Assembly: GCA_013331805.1 (NCBI GenBank)
Contig: DUFS01000012.1
Location: 1-31,989, forward strand
Length of the DNA: 31,989 nt
Direction of reading: 5' to 3'
Source: Candidatus Micrarchaeota archaeon
Lineage (GTDB): Archaea; Micrarchaeota; Micrarchaeia; Anstonellales; Anstonellaceae
Part shown: piece after piece, positions 1 to 7,894 of the stretch
How positions within the stretch are numbered: the first letter of the stretch is position 1
How the letters are laid out: every line of letters begins with the position of its first letter
Translations under genes and position numbers: made by a program
The notes under the pieces: generated by a model
Seen by the model: the letters and a program-made list of their open reading frames with translations, nothing else
Database searches by the model: none
Told to the model about the DNA's origin: nothing

Positions 1-105
1 TAAGCTGTCCATACCGATCGCCACACGCTATTCGGATACTATATTTATAAAGAATATACCAAGTAGCGAAATTCACGAGAGAAAAAAGTGGAAAGAAAAG
101 TAGGG

Positions 106-1254
106 TTACTTGTTCTTAGCTATCTCAGCGAGCGTTTTGGCAGACTCCAGCAACGCTTTATCAAGGCCATAGCGTTCTGCAATCTCCGCCGCTCGAATAT
201 AATACCCAGTAGACATCTCCTGCTCAAACGCTTTTAGAACTGCGGCAATGACCTTATCTTTCCCAAGATCGAATTTTTCGGCAATAGAAACTGCCGAACA
301 GTTATATCCGTCAGTAAACTCTCCTCTACGCATGCATGCGGCGTATTCAGCCAAAGCTGCCTTGGTAATCAATTCTTTCCCAAGCTCAAATTCTTCAGCT
401 AACTTCGCAGCAAAATATCCAATGCCATTACCCGAACAATCATTCACCATTCTATTATAGCTATCTATTACAACTTCTAATACTAAGTTATCCCTTAGCC
501 GGTATTTCCGAGCAATGCTGATAGCGTCACTGGTATACCCTTTGCGGTAGTTCACACGAAAAATAGCCTGGGCTGCTTCAATTATCATATCTTGTCCAAG
601 GCCATAGTGCTTCGCAATTTCCAATGCAACCCCATAGTTTGCCCGAATTGGATGGGGATTGACGTATCTCGCCTCTCCACCAAGATGGTCCTCAGCATGA
701 TCGCCCCCATACATCATGTCTTCATATGCTTGTAAAGCTACAGTTCGAATATCCTCTGCTGTTAATCCCGCTTCATCCGCAATTTTCTTTGCATCATCAT
801 AGTGCAACTCCTTCAAGTAGTATTTAAAGTATTGCAGCCCAGCCGCCTTTAATTTGTCATAACCCAATTTGCCAGCTATTGCGATTCCCATTGCGATGTC
901 AAAACGACCCTTTGCCATCCAATCTTCATAGGCCTTCAGTTGTACGGCTTTCACATCATGAGCATTAAGCATATATTTATCGAGTATTCTTGCGCCGCCT
1001 CCGACTACGTTATCTGCACCCAATATCTCCCTATAGCCCCAGCGGTCTGGTTTAGTGAGATGTTCAGGTAAAAGCTTCTCCGCATAAAGAGCTACCACTG
1101 GCTTGTGGAGTAACTTTTTCGGCTCATGCCCAAGTTCCGTCGCCCTTTGCCAATCTATGTCAATACGCTCTTCCAGTGGAAGCTTCCTGAGATGCCGAAT
1201 AATCTGGGAATATTTTTCTCCTCCAATTTCAGGACCTATTGTTTTCTGTTTCAT
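106..1254 (-). CDS. Hypothetical alpha-helical repeat (solenoid-like) protein
   Basis: 382-aa ORF with GGAGGTGG RBS upstream. Recurrent ~35-40 aa motif A..IA..Y.L.(K)D.I..AA...Y...M..G. Visibly more AT-rich than the rest of the window. Confidence 0.75.
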   Translation of the reverse strand: MKQKTIGPEIGGEKYSQIIRHLRKLPLEERIDIDWQRATELGHEPKKLLHKPVVALYAEKLLPEHLTKPDRWGYREILGADNVVGGGARILDKYMLNAHDVKAVQLKAYEDWMAKGRFDIAMGIAIAGKLGYDKLKAAGLQYFKYYLKELHYDDAKKIADEAGLTAEDIRTVALQAYEDMMYGGDHAEDHLGGEARYVNPHPIRANYGVALEIAKHYGLGQDMIIEAAQAIFRVNYRKGYTSDAISIARKYRLRDNLVLEVVIDSYNRMVNDCSGNGIGYFAAKLAEEFELGKELITKAALAEYAACMRRGEFTDGYNCSAVSIAEKFDLGKDKVIAAVLKAFEQEMSTGYYIRAAEIAERYGLDKALLESAKTLAEIAKNK

Positions 1255-1354
1255 TTCAATCCACCTCCTTTCTGTTTCTTTTCGTGTCGTTTTGTGATAT
1301 AAGGATATATTTAATAAAATGTGGCATTATATCAATACCACTAAGAGTGAAAAT

Positions 1355-1630
1355 ATGGACATCTGGCAGAAACTGGGCTTTTCAGACGGCGAGGGCAGAG
1401 TTTACGAGGCAATTCTCCACTCAGAGAACGCGACTCTACAGAGCATACACGAGGCTACTGGAATAGAGCGCAGGAATGTGTATGATATCATAAACAAGCT
1501 CATCAGCAAGGGGCTGGTTGCCTACCTGACCGAAAACGGCCACAAGATATACCGCACCACCGACCCAAAGAACATTCTGAGTTTTTTTGAGGAGGAAGGG
1601 AAAGAGATAGAAAATAAAAAGGAAAGGTAA
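1355..1630 (+). pseudogene. TrmB-family transcriptional regulator, N-terminal HTH only, truncated at an IS end
   Basis: LGFSDGEGRVYEAIL...TGIERRNVYDIINKLISKGLV is a TrmB-type wHTH. The stop codon (1628-1630) falls inside the putative IS terminal sequence and no effector domain follows. Imperfect palindrome GTGGCAT-N7-ATACCAC at 1321-1341 upstream. Confidence 0.75.
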
Positions 1631-2107
1631 TTGTAAAGCTTTAGCCACCTATTTTTTCATCTTTGCAAGGTACTTTACGACCAACTGGAATATATCCTTA
1701 TCGCGATTGTTGTAGCGGAATTCCTGCTCTTTCAGGTACATGGGGAACTTATGGGGGTCCACCCCATGGAACTTCATCAGCCTCTGCTTTGCAAATGACC
1801 AGAAGCCCTCTATGCCATTGATGTAGACTTGTTGTCTGACAAAATGCTTGGAATGATTGATTTTCATATGCCCATAGCCATAGAACATCAAGGAGTCATA
1901 GCTCTTGTATTTGTCAGTGTAGACCAGGCTGCCCCGTCGCACCTTGCGCACTGTTGCATCCAGCAAAGTATCAGCAGTCACATCTTTCACTGGCTGCACC
2001 CAGACCCTGCCTTTTCTCTCGATAATTCCGAATACCGGCACCTTTCCTGCCGCCCCTCTGCCCCTTTTACCTTTTCGCCTGCCTCCAAAATAGGACTCAT
2101 CCGCTTC
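1626..2107 (-). mobile_element. IS1595-family (IS1016-like) remnant: transposase catalytic core plus one probable terminal repeat
   Basis: The frame of ORF 1649-2041 extends to 2107 as EADESYFGGRRKGKRGRGAAGKVPVFGI, followed by VYTD and INGIEGFWS motifs. The N-terminal region is missing. Probable end GGTAATTGTAAAGCTTTAGCC at 1626; no partner repeat seen. Confidence 0.85.
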
Positions 2108-2119
2108 CTGTGCTCCCGC

Positions 2120-2287
2120 CTACTTGGCAGCTTTCGCCACCAGGGCTATCCCTCCTGCCACAACGAAAAAGGTCAGCAATCCCCCGAAGAGGAGATCCAG
2201 GCCAAGATTCATGGTTTTGGATAGGAGCAAGCCGCCGACAAGCATGGCGCCCATGCCTACTGCGGTCATTCCTAGCATCTTCAGCAT
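2120..2287 (-). CDS. 55-aa two-helix membrane protein (not in the ORF track)
   Basis: MLKMLGMTAVGMGAMLVGGLLLSKTMNLGLDLLFGGLLTFFVVAGGIALVAKAAK*, with GGAGTG RBS upstream; divergent from a wHTH regulator. Confidence 0.7.
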   Translation of the reverse strand: MLKMLGMTAVGMGAMLVGGLLLSKTMNLGLDLLFGGLLTFFVVAGGIALVAKAAK

Positions 2288-2298
2288 TTATTCACTCC

Positions 2299-2358
2299 AG
2301 TCAACTGAGTTGATTTTCCAATTGACTATTCTCAAAAATAATCAACTAACTATTTAAA
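2299..2358. promoter_or_regulatory. Divergent promoter with palindromic operator sites
   Basis: Perfect palindrome TCAACT-G-AGTTGA (2301-2313), AGTTGATT...AATCAACT (2308-2315 / 2340-2347), and TATA box TATTTAAA at 2351-2358. Confidence 0.6.
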
Positions 2359-2380
2359 CCTATCGGAAGATAACATTCCG

Positions 2381-2728
2381 ATGGCTGGCGGCACGCTGGG
2401 GCTCCTTGACGAATCCGCTGCCCTTAACTCCAGGGTTTTCTCTAAAACGCGGCTCCTCATACTTTCGGTGCTGGATGAGCTGCCGGAAGGGGACAGCGCC
2501 ACGTTCCGTGAACTGAAGGCGGGCCTGAGGCTGAACGAGGGCGTGCTTTTTACCAATCTCGGCGTTCTCAAGGAAATGGGCTATGTTGAGGAAATAGATG
2601 TCAAGGTCAGGAAGAGGAACATGACGGCATACCACATCACAAATCAGGGCAGGGAAGAGCTGCGCAGCCTTGAGTCATGGTTCAGGAAATGGGCAGGGAG
2701 GCGGTTGGATGAAAGGAAACCTGGGTAA
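2381..2728 (+). CDS. Winged-helix transcriptional regulator (ArsR/MarR-like, HTH_34 type)
   Basis: RLLILSVL...TFRELKAGLRLNEGVLFTNLGVLKEMGYV...YHITNQGREEL pattern. Confidence 0.8.
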   Translation: MAGGTLGLLDESAALNSRVFSKTRLLILSVLDELPEGDSATFRELKAGLRLNEGVLFTNLGVLKEMGYVEEIDVKVRKRNMTAYHITNQGREELRSLESWFRKWAGRRLDERKPG

Positions 2729-3254
2729 GGCGATAGCGTGCTTCAAAAGGCTCGGCATTACCCCTAGGGTTGGGGATTTTGAAAGCAAGCTGGTCATGCA
2801 AAAGACAGTCTATCTTCTGCAAATCATGGGAATAAAACTCGGTTATTCTTATGGCTGGTATGTCCGCGGCAATTACTCGCCTGATTTGACAAAGGATTTG
2901 TATGAATCCCGATCTAGAGTCGAGAGCCTTTCTGGTGAGGAGAAATTGAACCAGAAGGAAAACAGTGTCCTTGATGAATTTGAGGCTGAAATGAGCAAGA
3001 AGCCTGATCCGGCAGTTCTTGAAATAGCCGCAGCCTACGCATATTTCTTCAAGGAGCGGGGCATGAGCGCAAGGGATGCGACAATAAAAACAAAGGAGGA
3101 AAAATCATTTTTCTCAGAAATGCAATTTGTGCAGGGCATAAACCGTGCAAAGGATTTGGTGTTCAAGCCGACAGCGGATGACCTTGCGCAGCTGAAGAAG
3201 GAAATGGCACCCTGGGAAGCAGCCTCGCGCGAGACAATGAAAAAATTCTCATAA
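2709..3254 (+). CDS. YwgA/SocA(Panacea)-like putative antitoxin
   Basis: MQKTVYLLQ...YSYGWYVRGNYSPDL resembles the QKL.Y...W..GPYS motif. Lies directly upstream of a PemK toxin. Start taken as ATG 2709. Confidence 0.6.
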   Translation: MKGNLGKAIACFKRLGITPRVGDFESKLVMQKTVYLLQIMGIKLGYSYGWYVRGNYSPDLTKDLYESRSRVESLSGEEKLNQKENSVLDEFEAEMSKKPDPAVLEIAAAYAYFFKERGMSARDATIKTKEEKSFFSEMQFVQGINRAKDLVFKPTADDLAQLKKEMAPWEAASRETMKKFS

Positions 3255-3266
3255 AATGGTGGAAAT

Positions 3267-3605
3267 GTGAAAGAGGTTGCAAAGGGAGATGTCTGGCTCA
3301 CCAACCTGCCCGGAGGGGAAGGTCACGAGCAAAAGGGAAGGAAATACGCAGCGGTTTTGCGTGACATAAAACAGATGAACATGGCTGTTGTGGTGCCGCT
3401 TACCTCCAAACCAAAGACCGAGAATTATCCATATACGCATCTGTTCATGCCGTCAAAGGAAAATGGGCTCTGGGATGAAACATTTGCAATGGTTTTTCAG
3501 ATTGTATCGCTTGACAAAAGCGGCCTCCTTCAAAAAGCTGGAAAATTGGATGCAAAAGACATTGCTGCGATTGATTCCATCCTCAAAGATATGCTGAAGC
3601 TGTAG
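3267..3605 (+). CDS. PemK/MazF-family endoribonuclease toxin
   Basis: KGDVWLTNL...GHEQKGRKYAAV, VVVPLTS and FQIVSLDK motifs. Confidence 0.88.
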   Translation: MKEVAKGDVWLTNLPGGEGHEQKGRKYAAVLRDIKQMNMAVVVPLTSKPKTENYPYTHLFMPSKENGLWDETFAMVFQIVSLDKSGLLQKAGKLDAKDIAAIDSILKDMLKL

Positions 3606-3606
3606 T

Positions 3607-3773
3607 GTGCCGGTTGTTTCTCGCTCTTCCAGTTTCCTTCTCGTTCTTCCAACCCCTCTCTTCTCCGTCACCCCTCGCTCTTCTTGTCGTTCGTTTCCTC
3701 TCCTCTCATTTTCCTGCCCGCTTTCCGGCTCACTGACTCGCGCGAAGGAACGAGAACGCGGATGAAGGGCGAA
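3607..3773. repeat. Intergenic repeat copy R1
   Basis: Shares GTGCCGGT.GTTTCTC.CTC and TTTCCTGCCCGCTTTCCGGC...ACTCGCGCGAAGGAACGAGAACGCGG...AAGGGCGAA with 4393-4524. Confidence 0.9.
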
Positions 3774-3778
3774 TGAGC

Positions 3779-4048
3779 CTACTTCTCCTTCGGAAGGTGC
3801 TTGTAAACCCTTTTCCTATGGTCAATGAGAGTCACGTCTATTCTTTTCAGCGTGTGGTCTATGTCCGCAATCAGCCTGTAGTCGCCAACCCGAAGCTTGA
3901 AATCCTTCCGGCCCTCAAGCTGCTCGAAGAAGTGCAGAGGATTCTCTTTTGCGTCTGCAGCCTTGTTGAAAATCCGCTTGCGCAGCTCCTTTGGCAAGCT
4001 CTCCAGGAATTCAAGCGGTTTCCTGTCGTAAATGATTTCATAAGTCAC
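3779..4048 (-). CDS. RelE/ParE-family toxin
   Basis: 89 aa; FLESLPKELRKRI...KLRVGDYRLI...IDHRKRVY. Confidence 0.9.
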   Translation of the reverse strand: MTYEIIYDRKPLEFLESLPKELRKRIFNKAADAKENPLHFFEQLEGRKDFKLRVGDYRLIADIDHTLKRIDVTLIDHRKRVYKHLPKEK

Positions 4049-4290
4049 AGGCCCAGCCTCTTCCGTGCCTCCTCTTCAGTAACAAAGTCTCCAGCCTTTA
4101 TCCTTTTCCTTGCGGCTTCTATCTTCTCAACAGCCTCGCGAGACAGCTCAGGCTCATCTTTGGCAGCCTTGGCAATTCCAACGAGCTTCATCACTACTTC
4201 GTCGTAGCTCTCATTCCTGTATTCCCGGTATTGGTCCAGGTGGGATTTTGTTTTCCTATGCAGCCTTATAGTGCATACGTCCATATACAT
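4045..4290 (-). CDS. Archaeal antitoxin (RHH-like N-terminus)
   Basis: TIRLHRKTKSHLDQY...ESYDEVVMKL...FVTEEEARKRLGL; 4-nt overlap with relE. Start at 4290 or 4284. Confidence 0.82.
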   Translation of the reverse strand: MYMDVCTIRLHRKTKSHLDQYREYRNESYDEVVMKLVGIAKAAKDEPELSREAVEKIEAARKRIKAGDFVTEEEARKRLGL

Positions 4291-4293
4291 CAC

Positions 4294-4324
4294 GTATACT
4301 TTAGTATACTTAGGTATATTTAAA
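4294..4324 (-). promoter_or_regulatory. TA promoter with tandem GTATAC operator palindromes
   Basis: GTATAC (4294-4299), AGTATACT (4303-4310) and GGTATA lie between a minus-strand TATA box (4317-4324) and the antitoxin start. Confidence 0.6.
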
Positions 4325-4366
4325 CCCGTGTGTTCCGGCTTTGGCATGGAAAACACTGCCTTACTG

Positions 4367-4560
4367 GCGCTTAAAAAGATGAGTCCAGTGGGGTGCCGGT
4401 AGTTTCTCACTCTCCGGTTTCCTCTCGTTCCCCTGTTCGTCTGTCTCCCAACTCCCCCACCTTTCCTGCCCGCTTTCCGGCCCTTTACTCGCGCGAAGGA
4501 ACGAGAACGCGGCACAAGGGCGAAAGACCGGCATCCCACTTTGTTCTCATTTTTAAGGGC
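4367..4560. repeat. Intergenic repeat copy R2, bounded by imperfect inverted repeats (MITE-like or structured RNA)
   Basis: 14-bp IR AGTGGGGTGCCGGT (4387-4400) / ACCGGCATCCCACT (4527-4540) with one G.T pair, plus outer IR GCGCTTAAAAA (4367-4377) / TTTTTAAGGGC (4550-4560). Confidence 0.85.
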
Positions 4561-4598
4561 CGGATAGCATCACAAGAACGCGCCTGGCAAGGATAGGC

Positions 4599-4621
4599 TT
4601 ATATATACAAAAGCTGTATAT
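4599..4621 (+). promoter_or_regulatory. TA promoter with palindromic operator
   Basis: TTATATAT box overlapping the palindrome ATATACA-N5-TGTATAT (4603-4621); GAGGTGA RBS follows. Confidence 0.6.
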
Positions 4622-4640
4622 CTGTCAGAGGTGAGCGTTC

Positions 4641-4886
4641 ATGAAATCCACCATGCTGCAATACGAGGGTTCGGTTGAGGATGCGGTAGAGCGGCTCCTC
4701 CAGCTGGGCGTCTTCAAGTCAAAGGCTGACATATTTCGGGTGGGCGCAATGGAGCTTGCGGCAAAGTACGGCCTCGTCAAGTCCAGGGAGGAAGTGATTG
4801 AGGAAATGATGTACGCTGATGCCGAGCCTGCCTTGCGCAAGCTGAAAGCAGGGAGGGCAAGGCTCCACCGGCTTGAGAAAATCTGA
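4641..4886 (+). CDS. Putative RHH/CopG-type antitoxin
   Basis: 81 aa; VERLLQLGVFKSKADIFRVGAMEL resembles the RHH helix pattern; upstream of a RelE-like gene. Confidence 0.7.
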   Translation: MKSTMLQYEGSVEDAVERLLQLGVFKSKADIFRVGAMELAAKYGLVKSREEVIEEMMYADAEPALRKLKAGRARLHRLEKI

Positions 4887-4894
4887 GTGAAAGG

Positions 4895-5176
4895 ATGGCG
4901 CAAAAAGGGGAGTTCAGCGTCCTTCTTACTGATGAGGCACTGTCTGCGCTGGACAGGCTGGACAAATCTGTAAGGGAGAGGGTGAAAAAGAGGCTGGAAG
5001 CCCTAAGGACCCTGCGCCCAGCAAGGACGCTTAGGAAGCATGGCGAGGTCTGGATCCTTGAGATTGGCGATTTCCGCGCACTTTACCTGATTGACGAAAA
5101 GGCTGCAACAAGAACTATCTTCTTTATCGGAAACCACAAAGAATATCAAAAGAGATACCTGAAGATGTTCGGTTGA
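4895..5176 (+). CDS. RelE/ParE-family toxin
   Basis: 93 aa; ALSALDRLDKSVRERVKKRL...LEIGDFRALYLIDE...FIGNHKEY. Confidence 0.82.
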   Translation: MAQKGEFSVLLTDEALSALDRLDKSVRERVKKRLEALRTLRPARTLRKHGEVWILEIGDFRALYLIDEKAATRTIFFIGNHKEYQKRYLKMFG

Positions 5177-5187
5177 AGGGAAACCAT

Positions 5188-5271
5188 TCGCTCTTCAGTT
5201 TCGCCGTTTTCTTCCCCCCTGCTGCCCGCTTTCTGCCCGCGCTAGGGCGAACAGCGCGGCAGGAGAACGAG
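5188..5271. repeat. Degenerate repeat copy R3
   Basis: Retains TCGCTCTTC.AGTTTC, CTGCCCGCTTTC, AGGGCGAA and GAACGAG blocks; hairpin CTGCCCGCGCT/AGCGCGGCAG. Confidence 0.6.
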
Positions 5272-5359
5272 CTACCTGAACGAATTGAACCATCTTTCGT
5301 ATTCCTTGTGGGTGGCAAAGCAGCGAAGGACTTTGATAAGTTCTCCCTCCTCAAGATAA

Positions 5360-6161
5360 ACGAGCCTAGCCTGCTTGGGGGGAATCTTGTTATGTCTCCT
5401 ATTTCCGCCATTATCATCAGCGCGGAGTAATGGCTTATTCCTGGGATTGTCATGATGAGCCTGGCATGGTAGTTGTCCTCTGCCATTGCCTCAACCTGTT
5501 TCTGCACGCCGTCTATCCTCTCATCGAGCGCGGGCAGGAGGAAAAGGTATTGGTCAATCTCAAACCTGCTTGCTGCAGGAAGCTCAAGCGTCTGCAGGTA
5601 TTCCATCCCCGACTTGCCAAAGATGTCCGACATCTCATAGTTTATTCCGTGCCTTGCAAGTATGGCATGGATTTTGTTTTTCACTTCAGTGCGGATGTTC
5701 ACAAGGGATGACCGCAGCCTTGCCACCTGCCTCTCATCCCTCACGCGCTGCGGCGCAACGTAGCTTTCAGGTATGAGGTCTGCACGCAGGAGGTGCGCAA
5801 GCATTTCCGCGCCTATCTTGTCCGTCTTTATCCTTGCGGAAGCAATGGCTTTTACCTGGAGTGGGTTGGCAGGCGTCATGTCAAACCCGTTCTGCTCAAG
5901 GTAGTCGTAGAGGTACTGCCAGCTGTAGCTTGCCTCCACGACTATCTTTGAGCCAGGCTCAAGCTCAGAGATGAACTCATCCACAGCTTTCATTTCATTT
6001 GGCACTTTTTCTGACATCAGCACAACTCCTTTCTCATCCATCACACAGGCGTGTGAAAACGCCCGGTGCACGTCCAATCCCACATATTGCATACCAACCC
6101 CCTCCAATTTTTTTGTTTGGCGCTCCTCTCTTATAGGTGGAGGGGGGTTTTCATGCAATCA
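5360..6161 (-). mobile_element. IS110-family element, truncated and probably inactive
   Basis: From ATG 6092: YVGLDVH, VVEAS, KTDKIGA (expected KTD..DA), TIPGIS...AEIGDITRF, after which homology is lost near 5360-5380. Hairpin AACCCCCTCCA/TGGAGGGGGGTT (6096-6149) covers the RBS. Ends are approximate. Confidence 0.88.
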
Positions 6162-6301
6162 TGTAAAAAGCTGCTGCAACCGCGCTTAAAAACACGCGCC
6201 AAGCAAGGGTGCCGGTGGCTTCCAGCACTGCCTTACGCAGGCGCCCAACAATGCAGAATAAAAACTGTGCTGTTCACAAGGGGTATGCAAATGGTGATCT
6301 A

Positions 6302-6493
6302 ATGAAAGGAAAAGTGAAGATGTTCAACGCTGACCGTGGTTTTGGATTCATCACGGGCGACGACGGCAAGGACGTGTATGTGCACACTTCTTCGATTGAA
6401 GGCGGCGCTGCGCTCCCAGTCGGCACGGAAGTAGAGTACGAGGTCGAATCCGGCGAGCGGGGCCTGCGCGCAAAGAACGTGAAAAAGGTATAG
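6302..6493 (+). CDS. csp: Cold-shock domain protein (CspA family)
   Basis: 63 aa; KGKVKMFN...RGFGFI (RNP1), DVYVH (RNP2); GGTGA RBS. Confidence 0.93.
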   Translation: MKGKVKMFNADRGFGFITGDDGKDVYVHTSSIEGGAALPVGTEVEYEVESGERGLRAKNVKKV

Positions 6494-6613
6494 GCGCGCA
6501 AAAACAGCAGAATGCGCTTCTGAAATCCGCTTAGCTCTGCTGCTGAAAAAATCTGCGGGGATGTGGCCCTAATTAAGGTGTTATTTATATAATTTTATGT
6601 ATATATCTGACCT

Positions 6614-7849
6614 ATGGATAATTTCAAGGCACAGAGCATAGCCCATATCCCAAAGCACATGCGGGAAAAACTCAATAACTTCCCTGCCTACAGGCTGCTT
6701 GGCTTTGACACAAGGAAAATGGGCGCAATCACCTTCGAGAACTTCCTATCATTTGCATGGAACACTGACTTGGTTTTTTCCGAGCGCGAGAAGGGGAATC
6801 TGGGGGATAAGTTTGTTCCCGAGGCCCGCAAATGCTTCCTTTTCCTTGATGCAAACGGCGATGGGCTTCTTTCCCCCCTAGACGCGGACAGGATGGGGAA
6901 AATAACCGACCTGTCGCGCGCCGAGGCATCGTATGCGCCCAAGCTAAAAAAGGGCAAGCCATATTCCCATGAATTGTCGGACACCAGCAAAATCATCGCA
7001 AACGCAGCCAAGCTCTTCATGGATAACAAGCTCAAGTCAATCAATGAAAGCAGGGAAATCGTCGAGCATGGGGGCGCGTGCATCTACAAATACAGCGTTC
7101 CTTTGCTCTATCTTGCAAAAGAGCAGGAAAGCGCGACCATACTGCACCTGTCAGACATCCACTTTGACGGCAGGAACGGGAAAAAGGCGAAAAAGACTGA
7201 ACAGAAGCTTGATTTCCTTTCCACACTCAGGGGAAAAATCGACCCTCCGGACATTGTTGTAGTCACGGGAGATATTATCACAAAATCAGCAGAGGACTTT
7301 TCAGAAAGGGCGAAAAAAGCGCTTGCCGGCCTTTTTCCAAAAGCGCTCCGTTTTTTCGTTTTCGGGAACCACGACATCGATTTCGGCGGCGAAAAAAAGA
7401 TATCGGACGCTCTCTGCGGTTCGGGCTATTCAAACCTCACAAACAGGCACATGGAAGTTGAAGTGAGGGGAAAGCCCTTTGCCATGACCGGGCTGGACGA
7501 TTTACTGTGCGGAAAGCCAGCCCTCCCGGGCTTTGCTCCGGCAACGCAACTCATTCCAAATGTGCTTGCAACACACAACCTTGATGCAGTTGATGGCAGC
7601 TCCCCCCGCTTTTTCGACCTGGTCCTCACGGGCCACACCCACATGGGGGAGAAGAACTTCCTGCTTTTCGACGGCTATGCGTTCCTGAAGCTTTTCAAGA
7701 TATACGGGAATATCAACAGCCAGAAGGACGAGTGGGGCGTGGCATCGCAGAGGACAACATTCCACATTACTGCTGGCCTTGGGACGCACAATACCCGCTT
7801 TAACACAACGCCCGAAGGAGTAACGCTCATCACGCTTGTGCGCGGATGA
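6614..7849 (+). CDS. Calcineurin-like metallophosphoesterase with N-terminal EF-hand pair
   Basis: SDIH, TGD, GNHD, H and GHTH motifs; EF-hand loop DANGDGLLSPLD. Confidence 0.85.
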   Translation: MDNFKAQSIAHIPKHMREKLNNFPAYRLLGFDTRKMGAITFENFLSFAWNTDLVFSEREKGNLGDKFVPEARKCFLFLDANGDGLLSPLDADRMGKITDLSRAEASYAPKLKKGKPYSHELSDTSKIIANAAKLFMDNKLKSINESREIVEHGGACIYKYSVPLLYLAKEQESATILHLSDIHFDGRNGKKAKKTEQKLDFLSTLRGKIDPPDIVVVTGDIITKSAEDFSERAKKALAGLFPKALRFFVFGNHDIDFGGEKKISDALCGSGYSNLTNRHMEVEVRGKPFAMTGLDDLLCGKPALPGFAPATQLIPNVLATHNLDAVDGSSPRFFDLVLTGHTHMGEKNFLLFDGYAFLKLFKIYGNINSQKDEWGVASQRTTFHITAGLGTHNTRFNTTPEGVTLITLVRG

Positions 7850-7894
7850 GGCTGATCTGGAAAGGATTAAAATGACCAACTTCTTTTCACTTGC

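Noticed and set aside
1..52. Possible gene start on the minus strand (ATG at 12, TATA TTTATAAA near 44-51)
   Set aside because: Only four codons lie inside the window, too little to call.
4361..4596. Small ORFs across R2 (4393-4596 on +, a 57-aa MPVFRP... frame on -, and the long N-terminal extension of ORF 4045-4539)
   Set aside because: The equivalent frame in R1 is broken by an indel and a stop, so conservation is at the nucleotide level.
3607..5271. R1-R3 as a CRISPR array or canonical integron attC sites
   Set aside because: The units are long, unevenly spaced and separated by whole genes. There are no RYYYAAC/GTTRRRY ends, and no cas or integrase gene in the window.
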